Assembly (NCBI GenBank): GCA_019662065.1
Contig: JAIFWC010000002.1
Location: 9,298 to 33,297, forward strand
DNA length: 24,000 nucleotides
Direction: 5' to 3'
Source of the DNA: Candidatus Saccharimonadota bacterium
GTDB lineage: Bacteria; Patescibacteriota; Saccharimonadia; Saccharimonadales; UBA10212
Part shown: positions 14,331-22,397 of the stretch, piece after piece
Position numbering within the stretch: position 1 is the first letter of the stretch
How the letters are laid out: each line of letters starts with the position of its first letter
The notes under the pieces: model-generated
Seen by the model: only the letters and a program-made list of their open reading frames with translations
Told to the model about the DNA's origin: nothing
Database searches by the model: none
Position numbers and translations under genes: made by a program

Positions 14331-14411
14331 ATGCCACAGCTTGCATATATTCTATTGCCGACAGTTGATGAGCAGATTCTAGAACTCGATGAGGTTCTAG
14401 CCGAAGCTTAA
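14331..14411 (+). CDS. sORF, 26 aa: MPQLAYILLPTVDEQILELDEVLAEA
   Basis: Found by hand because it is below the track cutoff. It has AAGGA 9 nt upstream, a consensus promoter about 40 nt upstream and a terminator at 14435-14460. There is no homology evidence. Confidence 0.35.
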   Translation: MPQLAYILLPTVDEQILELDEVLAEA

Positions 14412-14434
14412 AAAAGCTGGCAATAAAACCAAAA

Positions 14435-14460
14435 AACGATCCAAGAACGGGTCGTTTTTA
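14435..14460. terminator. Bidirectional terminator (sORF on plus, tRNA-Met on minus)
   Basis: aacgatcc-aagaac-gggtcgtt is followed by tttt on plus, and the complement has a tttttt run on minus. Confidence 0.65.
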
Positions 14461-14470
14461 ATTTCTAACG

Positions 14471-14547
14471 TGGTAGCAGGGGCGAGATTTGAACTCGCGA
14501 CCCCAGGCTTATGAGTCCTGTGCTCTAACCAACTGAGCTACCCTGCC
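14471..14547 (-). tRNA. Elongator tRNA-Met (CAU), CCA encoded
   Basis: The reverse complement is GGCAGGG-TA-GCTC-AGTTGGTTA-GAGC-A-CAGGA-CTCATAA-GCCTG-GGGTC-GCGAG-TTCAAAT-CTCGC-CCCTGCT-A-CCA. The D-arm and variable region are very close to E. coli elongator tRNA-Met. Positions 31:39 are an A/G mismatch. Confidence 0.88.
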
Positions 14548-14674
14548 TCGTCGGAATCGAGGCGTCGGCTTCCGTAAGCGCGTTATACTTGCTTACTTCC
14601 AGCCTCGGCTCGCTTCCTCCTCTCAATTTTGCCAAATACTGCACTGCGGAATTTGGCAAAATTGTAGAAGAACA
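14548..14674 (-). other. ~127-nt structured 5' leader of tRNA-Met
   Basis: It has a perfect 14-bp hairpin, 14624-14637 paired with 14651-14664, with a 13-nt loop. There are also mutually exclusive CGAGGC/GCCTCG and CCTCG/CGAGG pairings next to the tRNA 5' end. Confidence 0.5.
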
Positions 14675-14680
14675 GAGGTA

Positions 14681-14689
14681 ATTATACCA
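14681..14689 (-). promoter_or_regulatory. Extended -10 promoter (TGGTATAAT) for the tRNA-Met transcript
   Basis: The reverse complement of attatacca is a perfect TGnTATAAT. Confidence 0.5.
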
Positions 14690-14701
14690 ATTTATGTTTA
14701 T

Positions 14702-14971
14702 TTATTCTTCTTTGTTGTCTCTGTCATCATCGTCATCGCTTTTGGCGGGCGGAGTGTAGCCTAGGATGCCGCGGTTGCCTGGGTCATCAGTTTCATCAGC
14801 GCCAGAAATACCTTCATCATAATGCTCCATGGAATCTACGTTAGTATCAGCCTGAGGATGCGTATCATCGGTACTGTCGTGTACACCGCTAGGCGCCGAA
14901 AAGGGCGTTGAGTAATCCTCTGGCAGTTTTTCCTGCTCTTCTTCATCGTTGACTAATCCCTGTGGTGGCAT
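14702..14971 (-). CDS. Highly acidic, probably disordered small protein (89 aa)
   Basis: SD GGAGGG lies 4 nt upstream of the ATG. It has 27 Asp/Glu against 5 Lys/Arg, a DDDDD run and a low-complexity P/S/T/G composition. Confidence 0.65.
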   Translation of the reverse strand: MPPQGLVNDEEEQEKLPEDYSTPFSAPSGVHDSTDDTHPQADTNVDSMEHYDEGISGADETDDPGNRGILGYTPPAKSDDDDDRDNKEE

Positions 14972-15097
14972 AATCCCTCCTGGTTACACATCCAGCCTAA
15001 CATCTTTAGGTGTCCCCTTTAAGTTAAATAAGTCACAGCTTGTAAAAATCATAGGTCCTATTCTTAATATTCAGGGAAAGGAGGCTTTATAGCTGAT

Positions 15098-15628
15098 TTG
15101 GCTGGTAAAAATGTGGCTGTGATGGCTACAGACTATTTTGAAGAAGCCGAGCTGACAGAGCCTGTAAAGGCTTTGCGTGAAGCCGGCGCTAAAGTTGAGA
15201 TCATCGCTCCTAAAGCTGGTGAAATTAAGGGCTTAAAGCATGTCGAACTCGGAAAGAGCGTAAGGGTGGATAAAACTTTAGACGAAGCTAATGCCGATGA
15301 TTACGACGCCCTGGTATTGCCCGGTGGGGCTATAAATGCCGACCACTTACGGATGGAGGAAAAAGCCCGCCAATTTGTAATTAAGATGATGGATGAGCAA
15401 ACTAAGCCAACGGCTGTAATTTGCCATGCTCCCTGGATGTTGGTGTCTGCCCACTTGGCGCGTGGTAAAAAACTGACCAGCTTCTTTACGATTCAGGATG
15501 ATATGCGCAACGCCGGGGCCGATTGGGTAGATGAGCAGGTAGTAATTGACGGCAATCTGATAACCAGCCGTAACCCAGACGACCTGCCGGCATTCAATAA
15601 AGCTATTATCTCAGCTATAGGAGGTTAG
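15098..15628 (+). CDS. DJ-1/PfpI family protein (type 1 glutamine amidotransferase-like)
   Basis: The N-terminus is KNVAVMATDYFEEAEL, with LPGG and the nucleophile elbow AVICHAPW. It has a TTG start with AAAGGAGG upstream. Confidence 0.85.
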   Translation: MAGKNVAVMATDYFEEAELTEPVKALREAGAKVEIIAPKAGEIKGLKHVELGKSVRVDKTLDEANADDYDALVLPGGAINADHLRMEEKARQFVIKMMDEQTKPTAVICHAPWMLVSAHLARGKKLTSFFTIQDDMRNAGADWVDEQVVIDGNLITSRNPDDLPAFNKAIISAIGG

Positions 15629-15632
15629 GTTA

Positions 15633-16805
15633 ATGCCAAAACTGCCCGGCAAAGATACTTCTTTATGGCTGGATACAACACCAAAAACTAATTTTACTGA
15701 ACTGGCTGACTTAAAACATACGCTGGACGTTGCAGTAGTCGGCGGTGGGATTGCCGGGATTTTAACGGCTTGGTATTTGCAACAAATCGGACTTAAGGTG
15801 GCCATTATCGAAAAGGCCCGGATTATCGAGAACACCACCGGTAATACCACCGCTAAGCTCACCTCCCAGCACAATTTAGTCTATGCTTATCTAATACGGC
15901 AGCACGGCCGCCCAGCCGCCCGGGCTTTTGGCGAAGCCAATCAGCAAGCCATAGAAGATATATTCAATCTTTCAAAACAGCTGGCAATTGATTGTGATTT
16001 TGAGCGGGCTGAAGCTTACGTCTTTACTCAACGGAAGGATAAGCTGGAGGCTATTAAACAAGAAACCGAGGCCGCCAAAAGCCTGGGCTTGCCGGCCAGC
16101 TTTGAAACCAAAACTGACTTACCATTTTCAGTCAAGGGTGCTATTAAATTTGCTAATCAGGCCCAATTCCACCCCCGTAAATTCTTATTAGGGGTAATAG
16201 CTGAGCTAAGAAAAAATAAAGTACCGATTTTTGAGCAGACTGAAGCCCTAGACATTAAACCGGGCTCCGTTGCCATCTTAAAAACCAATAAGGGCGAACT
16301 AAAAGCTAAGTACATTGTGGGGGCTACAAAATACCCATTCTGGCGCCAAGATTTGTTTGAGGATAAGACTTGGGTTAAATTATCTTACGCCCTTGGGGTA
16401 CTGCTAAAAGGTGATTATCCCCAACAGATGTATATTTCGGCTGAAGAGCCGGTCCGGACCATCCGCTCGCATCCCTATAAAGCTGGCCGGATATTAATTT
16501 TTGGCGGCGAAAGCCACTTAATGACCAAGGACTACAACAAAGACGAACACTATCAAAATTTGATTGACGATGTTAAGCGGAAGTTCAAAGTTAAACAGAT
16601 AGTTTATAGGTGGATTGCTGGCGATATGATGCCTAACGATAAGATGCCATACATCGGCGCCTATCCAGGGGAGAGTAACATTTTTGTAATCACTGGTTTC
16701 CATGCGTGGGGTTTGGGCTGGGGAATGGCCGCCGCCCAAATGATCAGAGATGAAATAGCCAAGCAGCCGAACCAATATAAGCAATTCTTTAGCCTGTCTC
16801 GCTAA
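15633..16805 (+). CDS. FAD-dependent oxidoreductase (DAO family)
   Basis: It has the Rossmann dinucleotide motif VAVVGGGIAGILTAWYL...IIEK and is 390 aa long. Confidence 0.8.
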   Translation: MPKLPGKDTSLWLDTTPKTNFTELADLKHTLDVAVVGGGIAGILTAWYLQQIGLKVAIIEKARIIENTTGNTTAKLTSQHNLVYAYLIRQHGRPAARAFGEANQQAIEDIFNLSKQLAIDCDFERAEAYVFTQRKDKLEAIKQETEAAKSLGLPASFETKTDLPFSVKGAIKFANQAQFHPRKFLLGVIAELRKNKVPIFEQTEALDIKPGSVAILKTNKGELKAKYIVGATKYPFWRQDLFEDKTWVKLSYALGVLLKGDYPQQMYISAEEPVRTIRSHPYKAGRILIFGGESHLMTKDYNKDEHYQNLIDDVKRKFKVKQIVYRWIAGDMMPNDKMPYIGAYPGESNIFVITGFHAWGLGWGMAAAQMIRDEIAKQPNQYKQFFSLSR

Positions 16806-16831
16806 AAAGAGTTAAGGTTTTTGCTAATATA

Positions 16832-17713
16832 ATGCCTATGAAGCTCAATATCGAACCAGGTACGTATGTAGTGGCCGTTAGCGGCGGCGTCGACTCTGTG
16901 GTGTTGCTAGATTTACTGTCTAGGAGGCCGGGGCTTAAACTGATTGTGGCTCATTTTAATCACGGAATTAGAAGTGATTCGGCAGAAGATGAGAAATTGG
17001 TCAAACGCACGGCCAGAAACTACGGTTTAAAGTTTGAAGCTACCAATGGCCAGCTGGGAGTTGTGAGTGAAGAAATCGCCAGAAAAGCCCGCTATGTTTT
17101 CCTGGAGGCTATTAAAGCCAAGTATCAGGCTCAGGCTATTATCACGGCTCATCATCAGGACGACTTGATTGAAACAACCATGATTAATTTACTGCGCGGT
17201 ACTGGACGCCAGGGCTTATCGTCAATTATTAATAATCAAAAAATTATCCGGCCACTTTTGAATGTGTCAAAGCAGTCGATTCTGGAATATGCGCATCAGC
17301 ATAATTTAGAGTGGCAGGAAGATTCAACAAACCAAAATCCAGATTACCTAAGGAACTATTTGAGACTAAAGGTATTAATGAAATTAAATAAAAAGCAAAG
17401 AGAAATTCTTATCTGTAATATCGAAAAAGTCGCAAAAATTAATAATTCTTTAGATAATGAATTTGCGAAATTATCGCATAATATTGGTCAAACTGAGATT
17501 GATCGGCAAGCTTTTTCTAAACTGCCAGCCGAGGTTGGTACCGAATATATGGCTTATCTACTTAGACAGTGCCAGATTAAAGACTACGACTCTACGACAA
17601 TTAACCGTCTCAGCTTGTCGATCAAGACATCTAAACCTAATACAGCTCAACCGATTAGGCAACTACAGTCGCTTAAACTGACTGCCGCTACTGCCACTAT
17701 CGCAACTTCTTAG
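16832..17713 (+). CDS. tilS: tRNA(Ile)-lysidine synthetase
   Basis: It has the PP-loop VAVSGGVDSVVLLDLL, AHFNHGIR and HHQDDLIET, and lies directly upstream of ftsH as in many bacteria. Confidence 0.9.
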   Translation: MPMKLNIEPGTYVVAVSGGVDSVVLLDLLSRRPGLKLIVAHFNHGIRSDSAEDEKLVKRTARNYGLKFEATNGQLGVVSEEIARKARYVFLEAIKAKYQAQAIITAHHQDDLIETTMINLLRGTGRQGLSSIINNQKIIRPLLNVSKQSILEYAHQHNLEWQEDSTNQNPDYLRNYLRLKVLMKLNKKQREILICNIEKVAKINNSLDNEFAKLSHNIGQTEIDRQAFSKLPAEVGTEYMAYLLRQCQIKDYDSTTINRLSLSIKTSKPNTAQPIRQLQSLKLTAATATIATS

Positions 17714-17743
17714 CCTAAGGGGTCGCAAACTAACCGTTGCAAC

Positions 17744-17752
17744 TGATATAAT
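17744..17752 (+). promoter_or_regulatory. Extended -10 promoter (TGATATAAT) immediately upstream of ftsH
   Basis: The -10 ends 9 nt before the ATG at 17762 and there is no SD. This implies a transcript with a leader of about 3 nt or none. Confidence 0.4.
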
Positions 17753-17761
17753 AACTTTGAT

Positions 17762-19633
17762 ATGGAGAAAAAGCCTTTCCGCTTGAGTGGCGGCCGGGGA
17801 GACGGTCGCGGCAACCGCTTTAAGAATGCGGGGTTTGTTGCCTTGATAATTCTGTTTGGCATGATTGTTTATGCGGCTCTGAACCAACCCAGTCCACTAA
17901 AGACCGTGCCCTTCTCTCAGGTAGTGGCTCAGGCTAACAATGGCCAAATTAAGCGGATTGAGGTTAATGGCGACCAAACCTTAGAAATTACACCGGTAGG
18001 GCAGAACCATCCGACAGAGAAGTCTTATAAAGAAGCGGGCTCCAGCATTTACGAGCAGGGTCTAAAACAGGGCAAGGTAGAGTTAGTCAATAAGCCGCAA
18101 TCAGATAACAATGGCATCTGGATTACTCTTTTGGGTAGCGTACTGCCAATTGTGATTATCGCTGGGATATTAATTTTGATGTTCCGTAGCGCCCAGGGCC
18201 AGGGTAACCAGGCGTTGAGCTTTGGCAAAAGCCGCGCCCGGTTATACGGTAACGAGAAGGATAAGATTAACTTTAAAGAAGTCGCCGGCAACGAAGAGGC
18301 CAAGCAAGACCTCCAAGAAGTGGTGGAGTTTTTGAAATACCCTAAAAAGTTTGAAGGGGTAGGAGCCAAAATTCCTAAAGGAGTGCTGCTGGTAGGGCCA
18401 CCGGGTACCGGTAAGACACTGTTGGCCCGGGCAGTGGCCGGTGAAGCTAATGCGCCATTTTTCAGCATCAGTGGTTCGGAATTTGTAGAAATGTTTGTCG
18501 GTGTCGGGGCCAGTCGAGTGCGCGACCTGTTTAATAAGGCCAAAAAGAACGCACCCTGCATCATTTTTATAGATGAGATTGATGCTGTAGGCCGCCGACG
18601 TGGCTCAGGTATGGGCGGTGGCCACGACGAACGTGAGCAAACCCTCAATCAAATCCTAGTAGAGATGGATGGTTTTGAGCAAGGCCAAAACGTCATTGTG
18701 TTAGCAGCCACTAACCGCTCAGATGTACTTGACCCAGCCTTGCTGCGACCAGGCCGGTTTGACCGCCGGGTAAATATTGATTTGCCAGACCGCAAAGACC
18801 GTGAAGCTATCTTAAAAGTTCATTTCAGTGAAAAGCCGGTCAGCAAGGACGTTGACCTGAATTCACTGGCGGCCAAAAGCGCTGGCTCATCCGGTGCTGA
18901 TTTAGCCAACATCGCTAATGAGGCTGCTATATTGGCCGCCCGCCATAACCGCAAAGTAATTGAGAACGAAGACGTAGTTTCGGCCTTTGAAAAAGTGGCC
19001 ATCGGACCAGAGCGCAAAAGTAAGATTATGAGCGAGAAAGAGAAAGAACTAACAGCCTACCATGAAGCTGGTCATGCAGTCGTAGGACATGTTTTGCCAG
19101 ATAGCGATATGGTCCATAAAGTCACCATCATTCCACGCGGCGGCACTGGTGGCGTAACCTGGTTTATCCCTCCAGAAGATAAAAGCTACCACAGTATTAT
19201 CGAGTACAAAGATGTCCTGGCTAGGATGCTGGGTGGCCGGGTAGCCGAGGAAGTAGTTTACGGCCATGATAGAGTGACCACTGGCGCCGGCAGCGACCTG
19301 CAAAAGGCTGCCGAACTGGCCCGTGATATGGTGGTTAACCAGGGTATGGGCCGCAAGCTGCGCGACCAAGTCTTCCATGTAGAAGAGGGCATGATGCTAG
19401 AACGAATGGTCCACGAGCGTCAGTATTCCGACGAAACTGCCAAAATTATCGACGATGAAGTCGAAGCCTTGATTACCGAAGCTGCAAACCGGGCCCGGAC
19501 AGTTGTCAAAGCCAACTTGCACAAACTAGAAGAACTCAAAAAGGCCCTGTTAGATAAAGAGACCGTCGAAGCCAAAGAAGTCGTCAAACTCCTCGAGGGT
19601 TCACACATGCCCAAAGCTGCCGCTTTGTACTAG
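17762..19633 (+). CDS. ftsH: ATP-dependent zinc metalloprotease FtsH
   Basis: It has two TM segments, Walker A GPPGTGKT, Walker B IIFIDEID, the SRH region, and the zinc site HEAGHA. Confidence 0.97.
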   Translation: MEKKPFRLSGGRGDGRGNRFKNAGFVALIILFGMIVYAALNQPSPLKTVPFSQVVAQANNGQIKRIEVNGDQTLEITPVGQNHPTEKSYKEAGSSIYEQGLKQGKVELVNKPQSDNNGIWITLLGSVLPIVIIAGILILMFRSAQGQGNQALSFGKSRARLYGNEKDKINFKEVAGNEEAKQDLQEVVEFLKYPKKFEGVGAKIPKGVLLVGPPGTGKTLLARAVAGEANAPFFSISGSEFVEMFVGVGASRVRDLFNKAKKNAPCIIFIDEIDAVGRRRGSGMGGGHDEREQTLNQILVEMDGFEQGQNVIVLAATNRSDVLDPALLRPGRFDRRVNIDLPDRKDREAILKVHFSEKPVSKDVDLNSLAAKSAGSSGADLANIANEAAILAARHNRKVIENEDVVSAFEKVAIGPERKSKIMSEKEKELTAYHEAGHAVVGHVLPDSDMVHKVTIIPRGGTGGVTWFIPPEDKSYHSIIEYKDVLARMLGGRVAEEVVYGHDRVTTGAGSDLQKAAELARDMVVNQGMGRKLRDQVFHVEEGMMLERMVHERQYSDETAKIIDDEVEALITEAANRARTVVKANLHKLEELKKALLDKETVEAKEVVKLLEGSHMPKAAALY

Positions 19634-19640
19634 TGCGAAA

Positions 19641-19649
19641 TGTTAGAAT
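19641..19649 (+). promoter_or_regulatory. Extended -10 promoter TGTTAGAAT, 7 nt before the ATG at 19656
   Basis: The 9-mer is identical to 10742-10750, with the same 7-nt distance to a start codon. Confidence 0.4.
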
Positions 19650-19655
19650 ACACTT

Positions 19656-19766
19656 ATGGCGATTGAGCGGATTATAAACAGAAATAAGACACCCCTTCGG
19701 GGTTTCTTATCGCGCCGGGTACGGAATCAATCCGCCACTCGGGCTACCTTCCCGAAAGGTGATTGA
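19656..19766 (+). CDS. uORF (36 aa) whose first 8 codons duplicate the ruvB N-terminus (MAIERIIN)
   Basis: ATGGCGATTGAGCGGATTATAAAC compares with ruvB GTGGCTATAGAAAGAATTATAAAC. All 5 internal differences are synonymous. It stops at a TGA overlapping the ruvB start region. Confidence 0.3.
   Translation: MAIERIINRNKTPLRGFLSRRVRNQSATRATFPKGD
19686..19708 (+). terminator. Hairpin / probable ftsH terminator inside the uORF
   Basis: aagacacccc-ttc-ggggtttctt forms 10 bp with one mismatch. The T-rich 3' arm runs into tat. Confidence 0.5.
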
Positions 19767-19767
19767 A

Positions 19768-20793
19768 GTGGCTATAGAAAGAATTATAAACACATCGGCT
19801 AAAGATGAACCCGAAGAGCAAGAGTTAGAACAAACATTGCGGCCACGTGACTTTAAAAGTTACGTGGGCCAAGAGCGTTTAAAGAAAAACCTCAAACTGG
19901 CAATCAGTGCTGCCAAAAAACGCGGTGAGCCGATTGACCACGTGCTGCTTTATGGGCCGCCGGGGTTGGGCAAAACAACCATGGCCACGGTGATCGCCAA
20001 CGAGATGGGCGCCCAAATCAGGGTAACTAGCGGCCCGGCGATCGAGCGGGCTGGCGATTTGGCATCTTTGCTGACTAACTTGCAAGACAGCGATATTTTA
20101 TTCATTGATGAAATTCACCGCTTGCATCGGGTTGTAGAGGAAGTCTTATATTCGGCGATGGAAGATTTTAAGCTCGATATTATGTTGGGCAAAGGCCCCA
20201 GCGCCCGCAGTCTACGGCTAGATTTGCCTAAATTTACTATCATTGGCGCTACCACCCGTACTGGTGCCTTAGCGGCGCCATTGCGTGATCGGTTTGGCAT
20301 GATCCACCGCCTGGAATTTTATGAACCAGATGAGATCAAGCAGATTATCAAGCGCTCGGCAGCGATTTTGAAGGTGCCAGTTGATGATGAAGCCGCCGGA
20401 CTGCTCGCCGGTCGGGCCCGCCTGACACCGCGGATTGCCAACCGGCTGCTAAAACGGGTACGCGATTATGCCGATATTAACGGTGATGGAATTATTGATG
20501 CCAAAATTGCCACCGAAGCGCTAGGTTTATTAGAAATAGATTCACTCGGCCTAGATCCAGCCGACCGCAGCATTTTGGTGGCGATTATGGAACACCACAA
20601 CGGCGGCCCGGTAGGTGTAGAGACTCTGGCCGCGCTGACCGCCGAAGAACGCACCACCATTGAAGATTTTTACGAGCCATATCTGATGCAAATTGGCTTA
20701 TTGGAGCGCACGCCGCGCGGCCGTAAAGTTACCCATCGGGCTTGGGAACATCTCGGAAAGAAACCGGCCAAAACTCAGCCATCTTTACTGTAA
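19768..20793 (+). CDS. ruvB: Holliday junction branch migration DNA helicase RuvB
   Basis: It has Walker [10 protein letters not shown], Walker [10 protein letters not shown], a sensor/arginine-finger region and a C-terminal winged helix. I prefer the GTG at 19768 (SD-like AAAGGTGA at 19754-19761) to the track start at 19759. Confidence 0.93.
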   Translation: MAIERIINTSAKDEPEEQELEQTLRPRDFKSYVGQERLKKNLKLAISAAKKRGEPIDHVLLYGPPGLGKTTMATVIANEMGAQIRVTSGPAIERAGDLASLLTNLQDSDILFIDEIHRLHRVVEEVLYSAMEDFKLDIMLGKGPSARSLRLDLPKFTIIGATTRTGALAAPLRDRFGMIHRLEFYEPDEIKQIIKRSAAILKVPVDDEAAGLLAGRARLTPRIANRLLKRVRDYADINGDGIIDAKIATEALGLLEIDSLGLDPADRSILVAIMEHHNGGPVGVETLAALTAEERTTIEDFYEPYLMQIGLLERTPRGRKVTHRAWEHLGKKPAKTQPSLL

Positions 20794-20812
20794 ATCCTAT
20801 ATAATCTAGCCA

Positions 20813-21412
20813 ATGGCAGAAAAACCTAACCCTCCGGCGACACCTCCGCCGCTAACTGGGCTATCCGCCTTACCCGAAGCCGACATGCTGGAGCCGGGCG
20901 AGAGCATTGTAACTGTGATTCATCGTTCATTGATTGGGCTGGTCGGCATATACTTAGTTGCGATTGCGGCCGTAGGGGCTATATTTACATTGCTGATTGC
21001 AATTTCTCCGGACACCTTTGATACCGAGAGCGCCACCATATCACCTACTTTGAGTGCCATCATGATATTGGGGGCTATCCTATTAGTGCTGATTTTATTT
21101 GCAGCCACCTACATCTACCGCCAAAGCCGATTGATACTGACTGACAGAAGTCTCTTACAAATTATGCAAAAATCGCTTTTTATCAGAAAAGCCTCCAGGT
21201 TAAGCTATTCTAATGTTGAGGATGTCAGCGCTGAGCAAAGGGGTATATTGGCCAGCTTGTTTAGCTACGGCACTTTAATGATCCAAACTGCCGGCGAGCG
21301 GGATAATTTTGATTTTAGTCTCTGTCCCAACCCTAATGAACTAGCCGACCGAATAATCGAAGAACGCCAAAAATATGCTGAAAGCATTAAAGAAGAGAAC
21401 GAACGCCATTAA
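20813..21412 (+). CDS. Bacterial PH-domain (bPH_2, YdbS/YdbT-like) membrane protein
   Basis: It has a Pro-rich N-terminus and two TM segments, then LTDRSLLQI...YGTLMIQTAG, which is typical of DUF304/bPH_2. Confidence 0.7.
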   Translation: MAEKPNPPATPPPLTGLSALPEADMLEPGESIVTVIHRSLIGLVGIYLVAIAAVGAIFTLLIAISPDTFDTESATISPTLSAIMILGAILLVLILFAATYIYRQSRLILTDRSLLQIMQKSLFIRKASRLSYSNVEDVSAEQRGILASLFSYGTLMIQTAGERDNFDFSLCPNPNELADRIIEERQKYAESIKEENERH

Positions 21413-21432
21413 ATACTTAACAAGTTAAGTAT
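21413..21432. terminator. AT-rich bidirectional hairpin between convergent genes
   Basis: The palindrome is atacttaac-aa-gttaagtat. Confidence 0.4.
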
Positions 21433-21441
21433 AGCTAATAG

Positions 21442-21747
21442 CTACTCTTGGAAAGGGTTGTTGCGGGCGGATTCAAATAGAGCGTGGATATCTGTATTAT
21501 TTTGCTCAAGCGATTGGATTTGATTAACGGCGTTTTTGTCGACTTTAGGAATAGAGGTGGTAACTGTTACTTCTTGATCGGGTCCGGGCTCTGCCTTGGC
21601 CAGATTACTGATTTTGAAAACTATAATTAGGTATACCAGCAGCACGCCAAAGACAGCTGCAAAAATTATATGCTTACTAAATCGGCCAAAGTATTTTTTA
21701 ATTAACGGCCTAAAGTTTAGTGATTTTAAATCGATATTTTTACTCAT
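21442..21747 (-). CDS. Single-pass membrane protein, last gene of the pilMNO operon (unknown; PilP-position)
   Basis: It has an ATGA overlap with pilO. Its TM segment is IIFAAVFGVLLVYLIIVF, followed by a short periplasmic tail. Confidence 0.6.
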   Translation of the reverse strand: MSKNIDLKSLNFRPLIKKYFGRFSKHIIFAAVFGVLLVYLIIVFKISNLAKAEPGPDQEVTVTTSIPKVDKNAVNQIQSLEQNNTDIHALFESARNNPFQE

Positions 21748-22397
21748 GGCTTGATAAATATGTTAATAGTCAGCGTGAAGGTAAGGGACGTTTTGCCGTT
21801 AGCCGGCTGGATGGTCACTTGAGTAATTTGGGCGGTGTGGCGATTATTCTCAATCCGGTGCAAGAAACTGAGCATTTTATCGTAAGTTACTTGCTTGCTG
21901 GGAGCGGCAGTATTGCTGGATTCGGGCGTGATTATAAGCTCAAGGCTGTATAGGCCAGGAATGCCGGTGACTGGTTTGGCTTGGCTAATAGCTGCTGAAG
22001 ATGAGCTAGCCGAAGTGGCGTCCTGTTGGGTGGGCGTAGTAGTAGTGCGCAGGCCAAGAGTGCTGGCGGGGAAGGTTATGCTTTGAATCGAAATACCAGA
22101 TTGGCTAGCCATTTGATTGATTTCCAGGACTGCTTGAGCCTGGTCCTTGTCGTTAGGAATAACGGTTTTGGCAACATCTTTAAAGTATGAATATTTCTCG
22201 ATATCTTTTTTAGTTTGTTCAAGATTAGATAGCTGGGCATCGGCTGTCTCACTTTGGACTCTTAAATCAACCATTTTCTTACTCTCGCTGCCAAGGGTAG
22301 AGAGACCGGCTAACATAACTCCAAAAAAACCAACAATTGATAGGGCTAAGACTCCAAGTAACAGTAATCGCAACCGTTTACTATCAAGCTTAATCAT
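21744..22397 (-). CDS. pilO: Type IV pilus assembly protein PilO-like
   Basis: It has an N-terminal TM segment, a coiled coil, then the ferredoxin-like region LEINQMASQSGISIQSITF. Its operon position follows pilN. Confidence 0.7.
   Translation of the reverse strand: MIKLDSKRLRLLLLGVLALSIVGFFGVMLAGLSTLGSESKKMVDLRVQSETADAQLSNLEQTKKDIEKYSYFKDVAKTVIPNDKDQAQAVLEINQMASQSGISIQSITFPASTLGLRTTTTPTQQDATSASSSSAAISQAKPVTGIPGLYSLELIITPESSNTAAPSKQVTYDKMLSFLHRIENNRHTAQITQVTIQPANGKTSLTFTLTINIFIKP

Noticed and set aside
18049-18648. 199-aa minus-strand ORF inside ftsH (and similar antisense ORFs in ruvB, yebC, dus and the 379-aa gene)
   Set aside because: These are antisense shadows of strongly supported conserved genes.
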